Assembly: GCF_964355755.1 (NCBI RefSeq)
Contig: NC_092674.1
Span: forward strand, 22,878,001 to 22,942,000
Source of the DNA: Antedon mediterranea
Taxonomy: Eukaryota; Animalia; Echinodermata
DNA: 64,000 bases
Direction of reading: 5' to 3'
Part shown: positions 25,001 to 37,000 of the stretch, one piece after another
Numbering within the stretch: position 1 is the first letter of the stretch
Layout: each line of letters begins with the position of its first letter
The notes under the pieces: model-generated
Seen by the model: the letters and a program-made list of their open reading frames with translations, nothing else
Told to the model about the DNA's origin: nothing
Databases searched by the model: none
Made by a program: the position numbers and the translations under genes

Positions 25001-28000
25001 ATATGAAAATATCGCCCGGTGAGATCAACAAACAACGAAAAAGTTATTTACACAGCACCGATAGGCCTATAAAAACAAGTTATCACTATCGAAAAATGTA
25101 TTACATTTTATAAATCATAAATCTTACACCAATGTTTCGCCAAAATCCACATAGTAAAGATACCAGGCCTAGTTAACCAGGCCTAAAGTTGGTCCGGAAC
25201 CGTTTTACGACTAGGCCTAGCCTAGTACTACTAGGTAGCCCAGTAAACTGATGATAATATCCATACCATTTCTAAACAAGTTTGTTGCGTGAAACTCGGT
25301 CACTTAACAATTAGGGTATACATACAATAATAAAATTAAAGACTTCATATTGAAAATGACTCCATTATTTTTTATTCAGATAACAAACAAACATGTCAAT
25401 CCACAAAAACCTTTGTAATGCTTCGGCGGCATAGCTAGCGCGCGACCGATACACAATGCGCCAAGCCATCGCTCTACGCGCTACTGTGATGCGCGGTGTA
25501 TGTTATTTCGACAGGTACCATTTTGACAGTTGTTCGTAACCAGATTAGTTACTTTCAAATAGTAAAATGTTGACGGTCCAGACCGAATATAGTGTCCATA
25601 TTTACTGTATAGTGTATACCAATAATTAACCTATCTACCGGATTTCGTAAAAAAACGCGAAAAACGAAGATCTTTAACTAAATATCTGATGTAGCTTAAG
25701 TGACTGACTTTATTTACAAGCTAAAAGTTTCGTAAAATAAGGAAGATTTTGAAGTAACATTCGGTTAAAAATTGAAGTACAATGCCTGTTTACCATTGAA
25801 TCGCAAAACCAGAAAAAAGTCATTGAATGCTTGGGCCGTTGCCGAGTAACAATGGATGTCATGTGGTATTGTGACGTCAGAACGTGATACTCTTAGTTCT
25901 ATATGGTGTCCTGGAAACATAGCAGTTCATTTTCAACCAAGGTTGTGAATCGAGTTGTAACAAACAGGAAAAAATAAATATCGATAAGTGACAACAAAAT
26001 TCTTACATTTGTTGGATCCCTGATATTTGCTAGAGCATCTAGATCTGCCATCAGGTTGAATACAACACACACCACAGCACTAGTTATCATGAAAATCTAT
26101 TGAACAAATGGATAACATCTTTTAATTATATAAAATATAAATGTTAAAGGTTTTTATTCTGTTCCTCAAGCTTAACTGAAAACTGAAGAAATTTGGATTG
26201 GCCCTCCATGGACCCATGGCAGCCAACAGTGCAGCGCCTACCAGATCAGCACAAAATGAATGTTCTGTCTATTGTGGGTCAAGTGTGTGATGTTTATAAA
26301 GATCACATCATCGCAAAATCAGTTAAAAAATTACTATATTAATAAATATAGGTTCTACTGGCCCATAGTAGAGCAAAGGGTTCCAATCCATTTTGAATGT
26401 AGTCAATCAGTGACCAAGAAAGCAAAACACAGTACGAAGATGCTTCTTTAAAGACATTTTATGGGTTGGGGAAATATTTTTTCTGTACAAATTCCCATAT
26501 CTCATTCTCATCTGATTAACATTATCATTATTCTTGATGGGAGGATAATTTTTAGTTTGAATTTTTCTTTCTGCATTCATTTATAATTTACTATGTAAAG
26601 AAGGTTAAGGACTGATCCCTAGTTTAGCTTTAACTACATTGCCCAATCTTGTCAATAATTTTAAATTTTCTGGTAGAGTTTCTAAAATGCATTTTGAAAT
26701 AGTAGGAAAGAATTTGGGACACAACTCAGCATTTTTCAGAGATTTTGGTTTCAGTACAGTTGACTAATATAGGTCAGGAATTACCCGGTGTATCACATGA
26801 TACATTGGTTGGCCTCCAAAGTCCAAGACGTTCATAACAAATGGTTTGCCATCAGTACGCGAGTTGATTTCCTTTTCTCTTCTAAAGTCAGTCACTTTCT
26901 TCACAACTATTTCTGATATGTTTTCAGGAATGTCCTCATTTTGTGGTATCTGCTGTTCTCCTTTAATTAGAAATTTATTGCAATCAAAAATTGGAAATTA
27001 CCAGGTATAAGTAGTTCAACAACATTTGTTTATACCTGTAGTAGTATAAAATATTGGTTTTTAGTTGTATATGAACTAAAGAAAATTCAATTGGGCATAT
27101 TTATTGTTTTCATTTTCTTTTGGTGTTCAGTAAATTCAAATTTTTTTCAATTGTGTACATTTACATTTTGATCAAAAAAGATATAGGTATCTATTGTTCT
27201 CAAGGTTTACTGGAATTTGAGGAAATTCGGATTAAGCCCTCTACAGTTCCTTAAGACAAACGGCTTTACGGCTTGGTACAGATACACCAATTAATTAAAT
27301 AAACCCATCGTATAATAGTATTTACCTTCCATTTCCAAAACTTTCTTTTTTCGTTTTGGCAATCTAAATGAGCGTCTGATTGAAGAAGTGAGCCTTCGTT
27401 TTACTTTTGACCATTTACTTGATCCATCTACAGTTTGTTCATCTTTGGTTTCGAGCTTTGCCGCGGCATTTTCTTCTTCCTGTTCTCCACTCTTCAACAT
27501 CTGTTTTACCACTGCTTCTGCGACAGCATTCTCATAAGCATTAGAAGCTTCATTTGAGGAAAAGAGAAATTATATTATTATTATTAATATACTTATTAAA
27601 TGATTATGAATGTAATGAATGAATTAAGGTTCTCAAAGTTTTAATCATTTTACTCTTGCAGGCCAGATAGGGAATTGCAAGGTTATTTTTCATTTTCATA
27701 TTTATTTTGTAGCAGTAGTATTTTTAATGAACTATATACAGAAACTAATTACTATATAATTAATAGGGTGTAATCCTTACATTCATTTTGTGAAGTTTCT
27801 TCCCATAAAGTTTCATCATCAGGATCATGAGTGCAAACCTTTGTTGTTGCCATGGCATCCGTTATTTCTTCTTCTTGATTGAACCTATGAAAAATGAAAA
27901 TACTAATCAGGTTTTAAACTATAAAATAGTGATCAAACAATGTTCAGATGATTTTGGCTCTATATGTAGGCCTATGCATTGGAAGGTATTAGAGCTGTTT

Positions 28001-31000
28001 TTAAAAACAATTTTATACATAACATACAGTATATAAAGACCTAAAATAATTGATTGGCATGGTAAGTCTAACAATACCCAAAACAGTTTTTTTAAATCTA
28101 AGGTCAAACAAACACTTTGCTATTTAAATTTTACATATACTGTATAAGAGTCGCAATCCAATTGAATTTGAACCATGAACCATACAATGAAAGCCCCAAT
28201 GGTCTAATGGTTAAGACATCTGCATATTAAGCAGAAAGTTCCGGGTTCAAATCTTGGTTGGGGTGAATTTTTCTCATTCTCATGTATTTCCTCATCTTTA
28301 TCGTTTCAAATTCAATAATTCATTTTCAGTATATCACTGAATGGTTTACAATTTATTCTGTGCCTGTTTTAATATTTTATAATTAGAATTTTTCTTGGAG
28401 AATTACTTTTAAAATATATTTTGGTACATACTGTATATATATAATGTATAAGAAAGTATATTAGTTTTGTAAGAAGTATACAATATTGATTGCAAAGGAA
28501 GGTTTAAGCATACAGTATATAAATTACGATGAGTGAGTGACACTCAACTGAGTTCTATACCAAAGGTCGACTAGATTTAGTGTATGTTGATACAAAGGTT
28601 AAATTTCAAAGAAGAAGGAAATTGTGGTTGAATTGAAAATTAAACACATTTACTTTAAAATAAGTAATATGTATTCACAAATTCTAATAGTTTCCCAATT
28701 ATTGCAATACCTGTACTTTATGTGATTACTTTTAAATTATTTTTACCTAACAATATTTTAAAACTTAATAATATTATTAGAATTAGCATAGAAAAACACA
28801 AATTATATTTAGTTTCAATAAAACATTGGAACCCTTCTCAAATAATTCTTTCTATCAAACTACAGTCAATCAAGCTAGTCTGATCAGTCACTATTTATCA
28901 GTATTTCTACGAATGGATGACTAGTTGGGAGCAAGAACGCTAGTTGACCTAATCCAGTACTGTTTGAATTTGACAATGTAAAATTACCTCAATCACCTAA
29001 AATTCTTAATAACTTCAGTACACAACAATTATTAGTAATAATAATTGCTTACGGTTTTCTTAATAAAGAATTTATGACCGAAGTTTTTCCAACTCTCTCA
29101 AGACCAATAACAACGATTCTTCCTTCATTAACCTCTGTTTGTCCTTCAGCAAGCGCGTCTCTAAATGCTTTCAATGCTTCTGGTCCTCGTGCCAATATTT
29201 CGGCTGGAATTGCTGGAAACACAAATAATTGTTATTTCATTTGTTAATTTTAGATGATACATAACAAATTTCTAAATATATAAATTATATCCATCATTAT
29301 TTTATTTTTTTTTTGCAATTACCCTGTCTGATATTAAGATATTGCAAATTAATAAGTTAAATAATTAATTAAATTAAAATATCAAATTTTCTTTTCAAGT
29401 ACTATGGAACGTATGTAATTGCATACAAAGTAGGCAAAATTGTCATTTGACCTTAAATTATGGGAAATCTCTAGTAACTAAAACATCATAATTGTGGACA
29501 AATCAACAACCTACACTACGAAAAAACCTGATTTCAGGGTTTCCCTGATCGTGCAACCATCAAAATGCAGCGAGTTGACCTTTATTTTTTATGTCGCACC
29601 AAGCAACATACAACAATGTCAAGTCGCATGCACACACAGAAACATGTGTGTGTGTGTGTGCATCCGCAGAATGACTGCTTGACGTGTTGTGCAAAGACTA
29701 CTGAAATAAATTATAGCAAGTTCAGCATACTCATTTAGGTCTGTGACAAGCTTCTTTTATTGTTTATACATGTTGAGAAATTATTCATTGAAGCTAAAAC
29801 TGATTCTGCAAAAGACTGTCTTTATTTGAGGTTTATTAGGACATGAACCTCTACTTTTTTTATGTCGCACCAAGCAACATACAACAATCTCAAGTCGCAT
29901 GCACACACAGAAACGTGTGTGTGTGCATCCGCAGAATGACTGCTTGACGTGTTGCGCAAAGACTACATTCATTGTGTCATTTATTCTAACATTTTTCTGA
30001 AAGGAATAAAATAAAAAATAAAATGATTTTTCTTAGTATCAAATAAATCACTCACTATGTAGAATTTGCAATAGCTCTTTTTTTTGTTCTTCTTTATTTT
30101 CATCTTCATATCTTTTACACTTATTCCGTGTATATAAATCCGTTGGAGTTTCACCCTCCTACAACATAAAAAGTAAGTTATTAAAATAAACAGTAAAAGT
30201 AAAATTAGTAACAGCACCAAGAGACAGAGAGCCAGACCGCTGTTTACGCGACCGTTCAAGCTTTTCTTGGTTCTTTTGAGTATTGCTGGGACACGAGGCC
30301 TGAAATGTTGCAAAACCAAGGCCGACCAAGCGCAGCCAGGCCCGCATGTACATATTTTGTCCACAAACTATGAGGTAATTTGTAAACCATTTGATTGGTC
30401 AGTTTTAACAATCATAACATTGAATTTAAACGATTGCAAATTTTAACGATTTTTAGCATTTAATTTTACCATTTTCCTGTAAAATTCTTTAATCCGGTCA
30501 ATTCAACACAACTCATCACAACTTAACGTCGACTGGAAAACAGGCTTAATGTTTGGATAGGGCACCGCATACATGGAATGTAGATCACTTTTTGCGTCAT
30601 ACTAATCTACGACCGGTACAACCGGTACCATCCAATAGGGTTTATTATGATATGAAATGCCAATTATATGCTATTACATCATGTTTAATGTTATTTTGAT
30701 ATTTAATTGTTTGTAATTGTAAAAAAAAACTGCCGAAGAGTGACAGTTCGCTAACTACAGATTGTAAAGTAGTTGTATTTAAAAACATACATTGTTCTTT
30801 ATGTTGATATCTGCTCCACATTTCAATAGAGCTATTGCACCATCATGGTGGACTGCGAACGTCTTGTCTTTCTGCAACAGCAAATGAAGTGGTGTATCAC
30901 CTCGCTGAAATAAAATAATATTTTAACAACGCTATCATAGGGTTTACTTTTTGTCTTTAATAGCATACATATTACTATCATTCAATGTGCCATCATTGGA

Positions 31001-34000
31001 TTCTAGCTCTTTGATTGGTTGTCAAGAATCAAATCAATGTGGAAAGATTTAACAAAAAAACTCTATCCTAGTCTTTTTATGGAGTACAAACAATTACACA
31101 ATAACTTATAAAATGTAGAAGTTTAGAATTAAGTAATTCTAGTTTGTAAAAGTACACAATGACTCTCTAATAATGAAAAGTTGAAATCTATGCCTTGTTT
31201 TTGCTAGTTCTTAAAGTAAAATAATTTCCCAGATCAGAAATATAGTAATGTAAAGATCAACATTTTGTTCAAAAGCATACCATGTCTTTTAAGTTAACAT
31301 ATTGTGATGATAAACTTAATGTCCGTTGTAATGCCTCTGTATATCCAAAGCGAGCCAACTGATGTAAAGTAGTCCGAACCATCTACAAAAATATAACAAT
31401 TGAAATTAATGGTTTCTTTATGCATACATTTTCATAAATACAGTAGTCAGTTGTATTGTAGATTGTTCACATTTTTAGCAATGAGTGCTAACATATAAAT
31501 AATGGATCAAAATTAGTTCATAATTTCATTTTAGCTGTCAAAAGAGGAGCAAGCACCCCAAACACAACACCCTGGTTCCGCCACTGGGTCAAATAAAAAA
31601 AATTAGGACGCTTCACAATGGCACAAAATTATTACAAATGTGAGGTTTCACTATATTCACAAAACAGAATATACATGTTTTGATTTTCTAGCAAAATTTA
31701 GTAAGAATAGCAGGTTGTCTTGAAGAAAGTCTAGTGATAGCTTTTACACCAAAGAAACTTCCTTGATAAAATAGAATATTTGAACTGAAGAATACATAAA
31801 ATGATATAATTATATAGTAGCTTATCTGTTTTTGTTTATAGATTAAATAAAGTGCAAGTATACAGTAACACACTTGTTTTTCTATGTCATCCACAGCTGC
31901 TTTGTCAACATATTTAAAAATATCCAAAATAACATCTTCTGGAGCGCCATCCAGTATAATTCGATTGATTATTACAACTTCATTCTGTGAAAAAAACGAT
32001 AATTCTATTTAATAATACTATTCGGCCTGATGACGACCTGGATTGGTTGTGAAAGGTAAGTTCAGTTCGTCAGATATCATATACCTTGTTCTTTCTGGAT
32101 GAATGATAATGTTCATATAACCGTACATAATTATACTAACAGTAAACATAGAAGAGGAGCATAGGGGTGGACACTCTGTATTTCGAGAAACAAAAAAAAA
32201 CCTGGGTTTCTGACAGTAGGCCTACGAAGTTAATAATAGGAAGCTTTTAATTTGAGACAACCGACAACCAACAACCAAACTACTGTATATATGTCATGTT
32301 AATTCATTGTGCGCACATACAGAGATATTTGATGGTTCTAGGTTCGGACGACGACCGGCGACACAACGATTGACCTGACCTAGGTTGGTCGTCAGTCGTC
32401 ACAAATTGAGAAAACCCTATATAAAATATACACAATTATTAACATACATATTTCTCATTTATAAGGTTTGGTTTATCTTTAACAATCTGCTTGACTATAT
32501 CCCACTGCTGTTCTTTTATTTCTTTTACCAATTGGTCTCTGCAAAATATAGAAAAAAGATATATTTCAGCACTGTACATTATTATTTTTTAAAGATGTAT
32601 TGTCCCTTTGACTAATTCCAAAAAAACAAAAAATAACAGATTTCGAAAAAAGGTGGGTCATTTTGAAGTATCATAATAATTATTAACTATCACCAAAAAT
32701 TTGTCGAAAAAAAAATCATTTAATTGAAATACAGACGTTTTTTTGTTTAAAAAATAACTCTGACTTCCAGTCAAAGTTTTCGATCAAAACATACCCCATA
32801 ATGAAACGCGCTTGTTTGGCTACTCTGTATGCATAATCATAAAACTTCCTCATATCTGTGTGAAAATACCTTCTCTACCGTGACGAGTTGTAAACAATCC
32901 TAATTAGCATATGCATAATGCGTACTCGTGGTTTGAAATCTTTGTTTACTTTCGCTCGCGACGATTTTCCAGACGAAATGTAATCAAACTAATTTACCTG
33001 TTAATTACGTAAACTTGTTGCTTTTGGCTCGAATTTTCAACTTAAAGTGAATAACTTTAATATTACTTTGATATGGCCAATTTAAATTTAGAATATTTTG
33101 ACCTTCATTTTTTTGTGTTTCAAGGGACAATGCATCTTTAAAGAAAATATATTCCCGGTGAGAGGGCCTGTATCACCCACTAACATAACAATCAACCACT
33201 AATGTAACATTTATTATTAATAATTAATGTAACAAACTTCAATGTCAAGACAATGTCTGCATATCCAACAATACTTACATTGTTTAATTATGGACATATA
33301 TTAAATACCCCAGGCCAAAGGTTAACAATTAAGAAATTAAAAAAACAGAAGGAGGGGACAGTCAGACAGATAATCATATACATGAAACTAGGTTCAATAT
33401 CAATAAAGTTGAAGACATAAATCCAACCTTCATGCCGAAACTTAAAAACTCACGTGGACAGACACTATGACAATTGTTTTCCAAGAAATAAATAAATTTA
33501 ACAAAGTCCACAATTATGTCAACAATAAAATAAGAAATTAAAGGATGGACAGACTGACAGGCAGACAAAAGTGCCATTTGTCATAGACATTAAAACTGAA
33601 ATATTAAAAGTCAAAGATTTCCAACTTCCAATATAATAATTTTTCCTAAATATCTCAACATTTTATACTGCTGTTATACGACACGCGTTTAGCTCAGTGG
33701 TTTTAACTGTTTTAACTGTTGACATTATTAATATTATTCGCCGTGGCTAAAGATACGCTACCATATCCTAACTTCCGTTTACTAAAGGTATGGTAAAATT
33801 GCATTACGTCATCTTCAGCCAATGGGATGCTGGTACGTGTGTGACGTCATCGTATAAGGACTTTGGATTTTTTTTCATATCAAGTCTGTACTCTGAATGA
33901 TCGGCGCCGCCAGGCTGCATGGATGTGTGCGTTGATTCTGTCACTCAGCCACGTAGCTAGATCTAGCAATGTTGAAACCAGAAGTTTAATAACGGGCGAC

Positions 34001-37000
34001 AACGTCGATGCTGTAGTAATAGAGCAAGTTCATGTGGTTGGTGGGCGTTTAAAACATGCACTCAATCTCAAATATTATTTAATTATACAACATACAGTAG
34101 TATTATAATCCGATAAGTTGATAGCCAAATTAGAAGTAATGGAATTATAATTAAATTTTGAAAATTGCGTCTAGTTTATTCGTCCATAGTTACTATGAGT
34201 ATGAGGGTTTTATTTTTATTCCGAATGGCCTATTTAGGCCTATACTTTTGAATAAACTTTGTTTACAGATGGTGACCATAAACAACAAGCAAATAAAGGG
34301 GCCCTCGAATACTATGATTTAGACAGTAGCCCCAGGGCTGAGTAACAGAAATCAGCGCACACGCAGCAGCTGGCCCCAGCCTGGAACCGCTTTCTACACA
34401 AACAAACTCATATAATGAGGATAGTACGTAGTAAGTAGGCCTAGGCCTCTTTTGAAACAGTTTTCTGTATTCTAGAATTAAAATCAACATGTTTTGGCTT
34501 TTGAATAATAACAGACGTAGGCTATACATTTAGTTTTTGTCACACACAACGGCGATAATAGCGATAAATGAAGCATAAAGAAAATGTTAAGCGGTTGATC
34601 ACTGTTTTCGCGATATAAAAAAAATTCAAAGTCCTTATACGATGACGTCACACACGTCCCAGCACTCCATTGGCTGATTATGACGTAATGCAATTTTACC
34701 GTACCTTTAGCAAACGAAAGTTAGGATACGGTACCGTATCTTTAGCCACGGCGAATATTCGTCAGCCGTATTTGACGTCACAAATAGGCTGCCATGAGCA
34801 CAAGATGGCGATTTATTTTCAAATGTCTTGAAAACAACTTTAAAATCCTGTTTACTAGAAAACTACAAATCCGATTTAAACATAAATTGTTCTGTAGGGT
34901 TACTTTTATAATAGTTAAGTAAAATATTACGGTGTCCCTTTCCTTTAAAGATGTATTGTCCCTTTGACAAATTTCAAAAAAATTAAAATAAAAAGATTTT
35001 TAAAAAAAGTGGGTCATTTTGAAGTATCATAATAGTTATTAACTTTCACAAAAAATTAGTCGAAAAAAAAAATCATTTAACTGAAATACAGACATTTTTT
35101 TGTTCACTAAAATAACTTTGACTTCCTGTCAAAGTTTTCAATCAAAACATATCTCATAATGCAACGCGCTTGTTTAGCTACTCTGTATGCAAAATCATAA
35201 AACTTCCTCGCGACCTGTGTGAGAACACATTCTCAACCATGACGAGTTGTAAACAATCCTAATTAGCATCATGATAATGCATACTCGTGGTTTAAAATCT
35301 TTGTTTACTTTCGCTCGCGACGATTTTCCTGACGAAATGTAATCAAATTAATTTACCTGTTAATTTACGTAAACTTGTTGTTTTTGGCTCGAATTTTCAA
35401 ATTATAGTAAATAACTTTAATATTACTTTGATATGGCCATTTTAAATTTAGAATATTTTGACTTTCATTTTTTTGTGTTTCAAGGGACAATACATCTTTA
35501 ATGTTACATCATTAGTGGTTCACTATCATATCTCTAGATCATCATCATCATCAATCAATAAATTCATAATAATTTTGTTGGCGCGGCTGTTTGTTTGATT
35601 GATAACGGGACGATTCGGCCCTGAGACGATTCGGCCCGGGACTATTCGGCCCAGGGACGATTCGGTCCTGAGACGATTCGGCACACTTAAATTTATCGGC
35701 TTTGATATGCATTTTATAAGCATAAAATAAGCTTTTTTCCCCAAACGTTAATTTCAGAGATACGATAGGGTAGTACTACTAGGAATAAAGATAAAATAAA
35801 GCAAACATTTTGAAAACATTGTCGAAAATGATCATTTTTTAGTCACGCGAACGATGTAAACAAGTTACGCCCTCTGTTGGCAGCTTGGCGAATGCACGAA
35901 ATGAAGGGTCACAGTGCATATCGGCCGCCAGTCATTTCGGCCGCCGGTTATGGAACGCCTAAAATCATGAAACGCCAAAAAGGACAAATTATGTATTGTT
36001 CATTTCGGCCGCCAATCGTCAATATTGTTAATGTATGGCACGCCTCAATTATAAAAAATGGTGTATACATGTGCCTATCCCCTGAATAGACGTCCGTATT
36101 CAAACAGCAAGCAGCAATCAACAAAAACGATCATACTTTTTGATTTGTACAGAGTTGCGCTATTTTACTGTCATTCACCGGCTTCTTCCTGACTGAGCCC
36201 TACAACCTCTCAGCCCCCCCCCCCCACAACAACCACTGTGTTAGTGTTAGTTAAAACTACTAAACTAATGATTTACACGGTTTTTTTATCATATCGGTCG
36301 CGTTTGAAATCGGTCGCCCTATTTTGTATGGAGCGGGATGCATGCTAGCGGGATATACATTTTCTTCATTTATATAGATTTAATTGATATTTTTTAGGGG
36401 CTAGATTATTTATGTGGATATTTTTTATTTGGTTATCAATCATTATTAATTTTAAATGTATTTCACAGGTATCTTTCCAAAATAGTCATTTCTAAACACG
36501 TTTAAATATTAAATTAGGTAAATAATTATATCAGGCATATAATAATTTACCTCCAGTTATATGTACTGTAATTAATATATTATATAGAGAATATACGTCT
36601 GTCCTTTATTATGCAAACAATTACGTAAAAGAGAACAATTTATTTAAAAACAATAATTGTTACAATGTATAGCCCGTAAAGCCAGCGTATCCATTGTTAT
36701 ACTTATGCATAGGCCTACTGTGGCAGATTATATCATGTCGTTAACAACATACTTTTCGATCGATCACATAATTTTTATTTTTTTATTTTATTTACATACT
36801 TTATGTAGGATAATATTATTAAGTGTACAATAATAATTGTTGAGACAAATCACGTGTATACTTTTATTTCTAATGTTTAAAATAGTTGTTAGTAAAAATG
36901 ATCATTATATGCGGATGGTTAAAAGGCGAGTTACTGAAATAAACCCCCAAATAAGCCATATTGGGGGAGATGCGCCTTCTATGATCGTGCAGCTGTTTCC

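Larger units (their letters stand above)
22609..25893. mobile_element. Non-autonomous TIR DNA element that hosts the LTR insertion
   Basis: ~120-bp imperfect inverted repeats: 22609-22731 (agagtatcacg...ggtaaacaggcattgtact) and 25776-25893 (agtacaatgcctgtttacc...gtgatactct). Confidence 0.7.

Noticed and set aside
29981-30364. 127-aa ORF with a hydrophobic stretch resembling a membrane protein
   Set aside because: It overlaps Roco exon 6 in another frame, and the hydrophobic stretch comes from the T-rich acceptor region.
35606-35682. Short regularly spaced GACGATTCGGCC repeats resembling a CRISPR array
   Set aside because: Units are 15-16 bp with no unique spacers and are mirrored at ~38400-38467, so they are transposon subterminal repeats in a eukaryotic intron.
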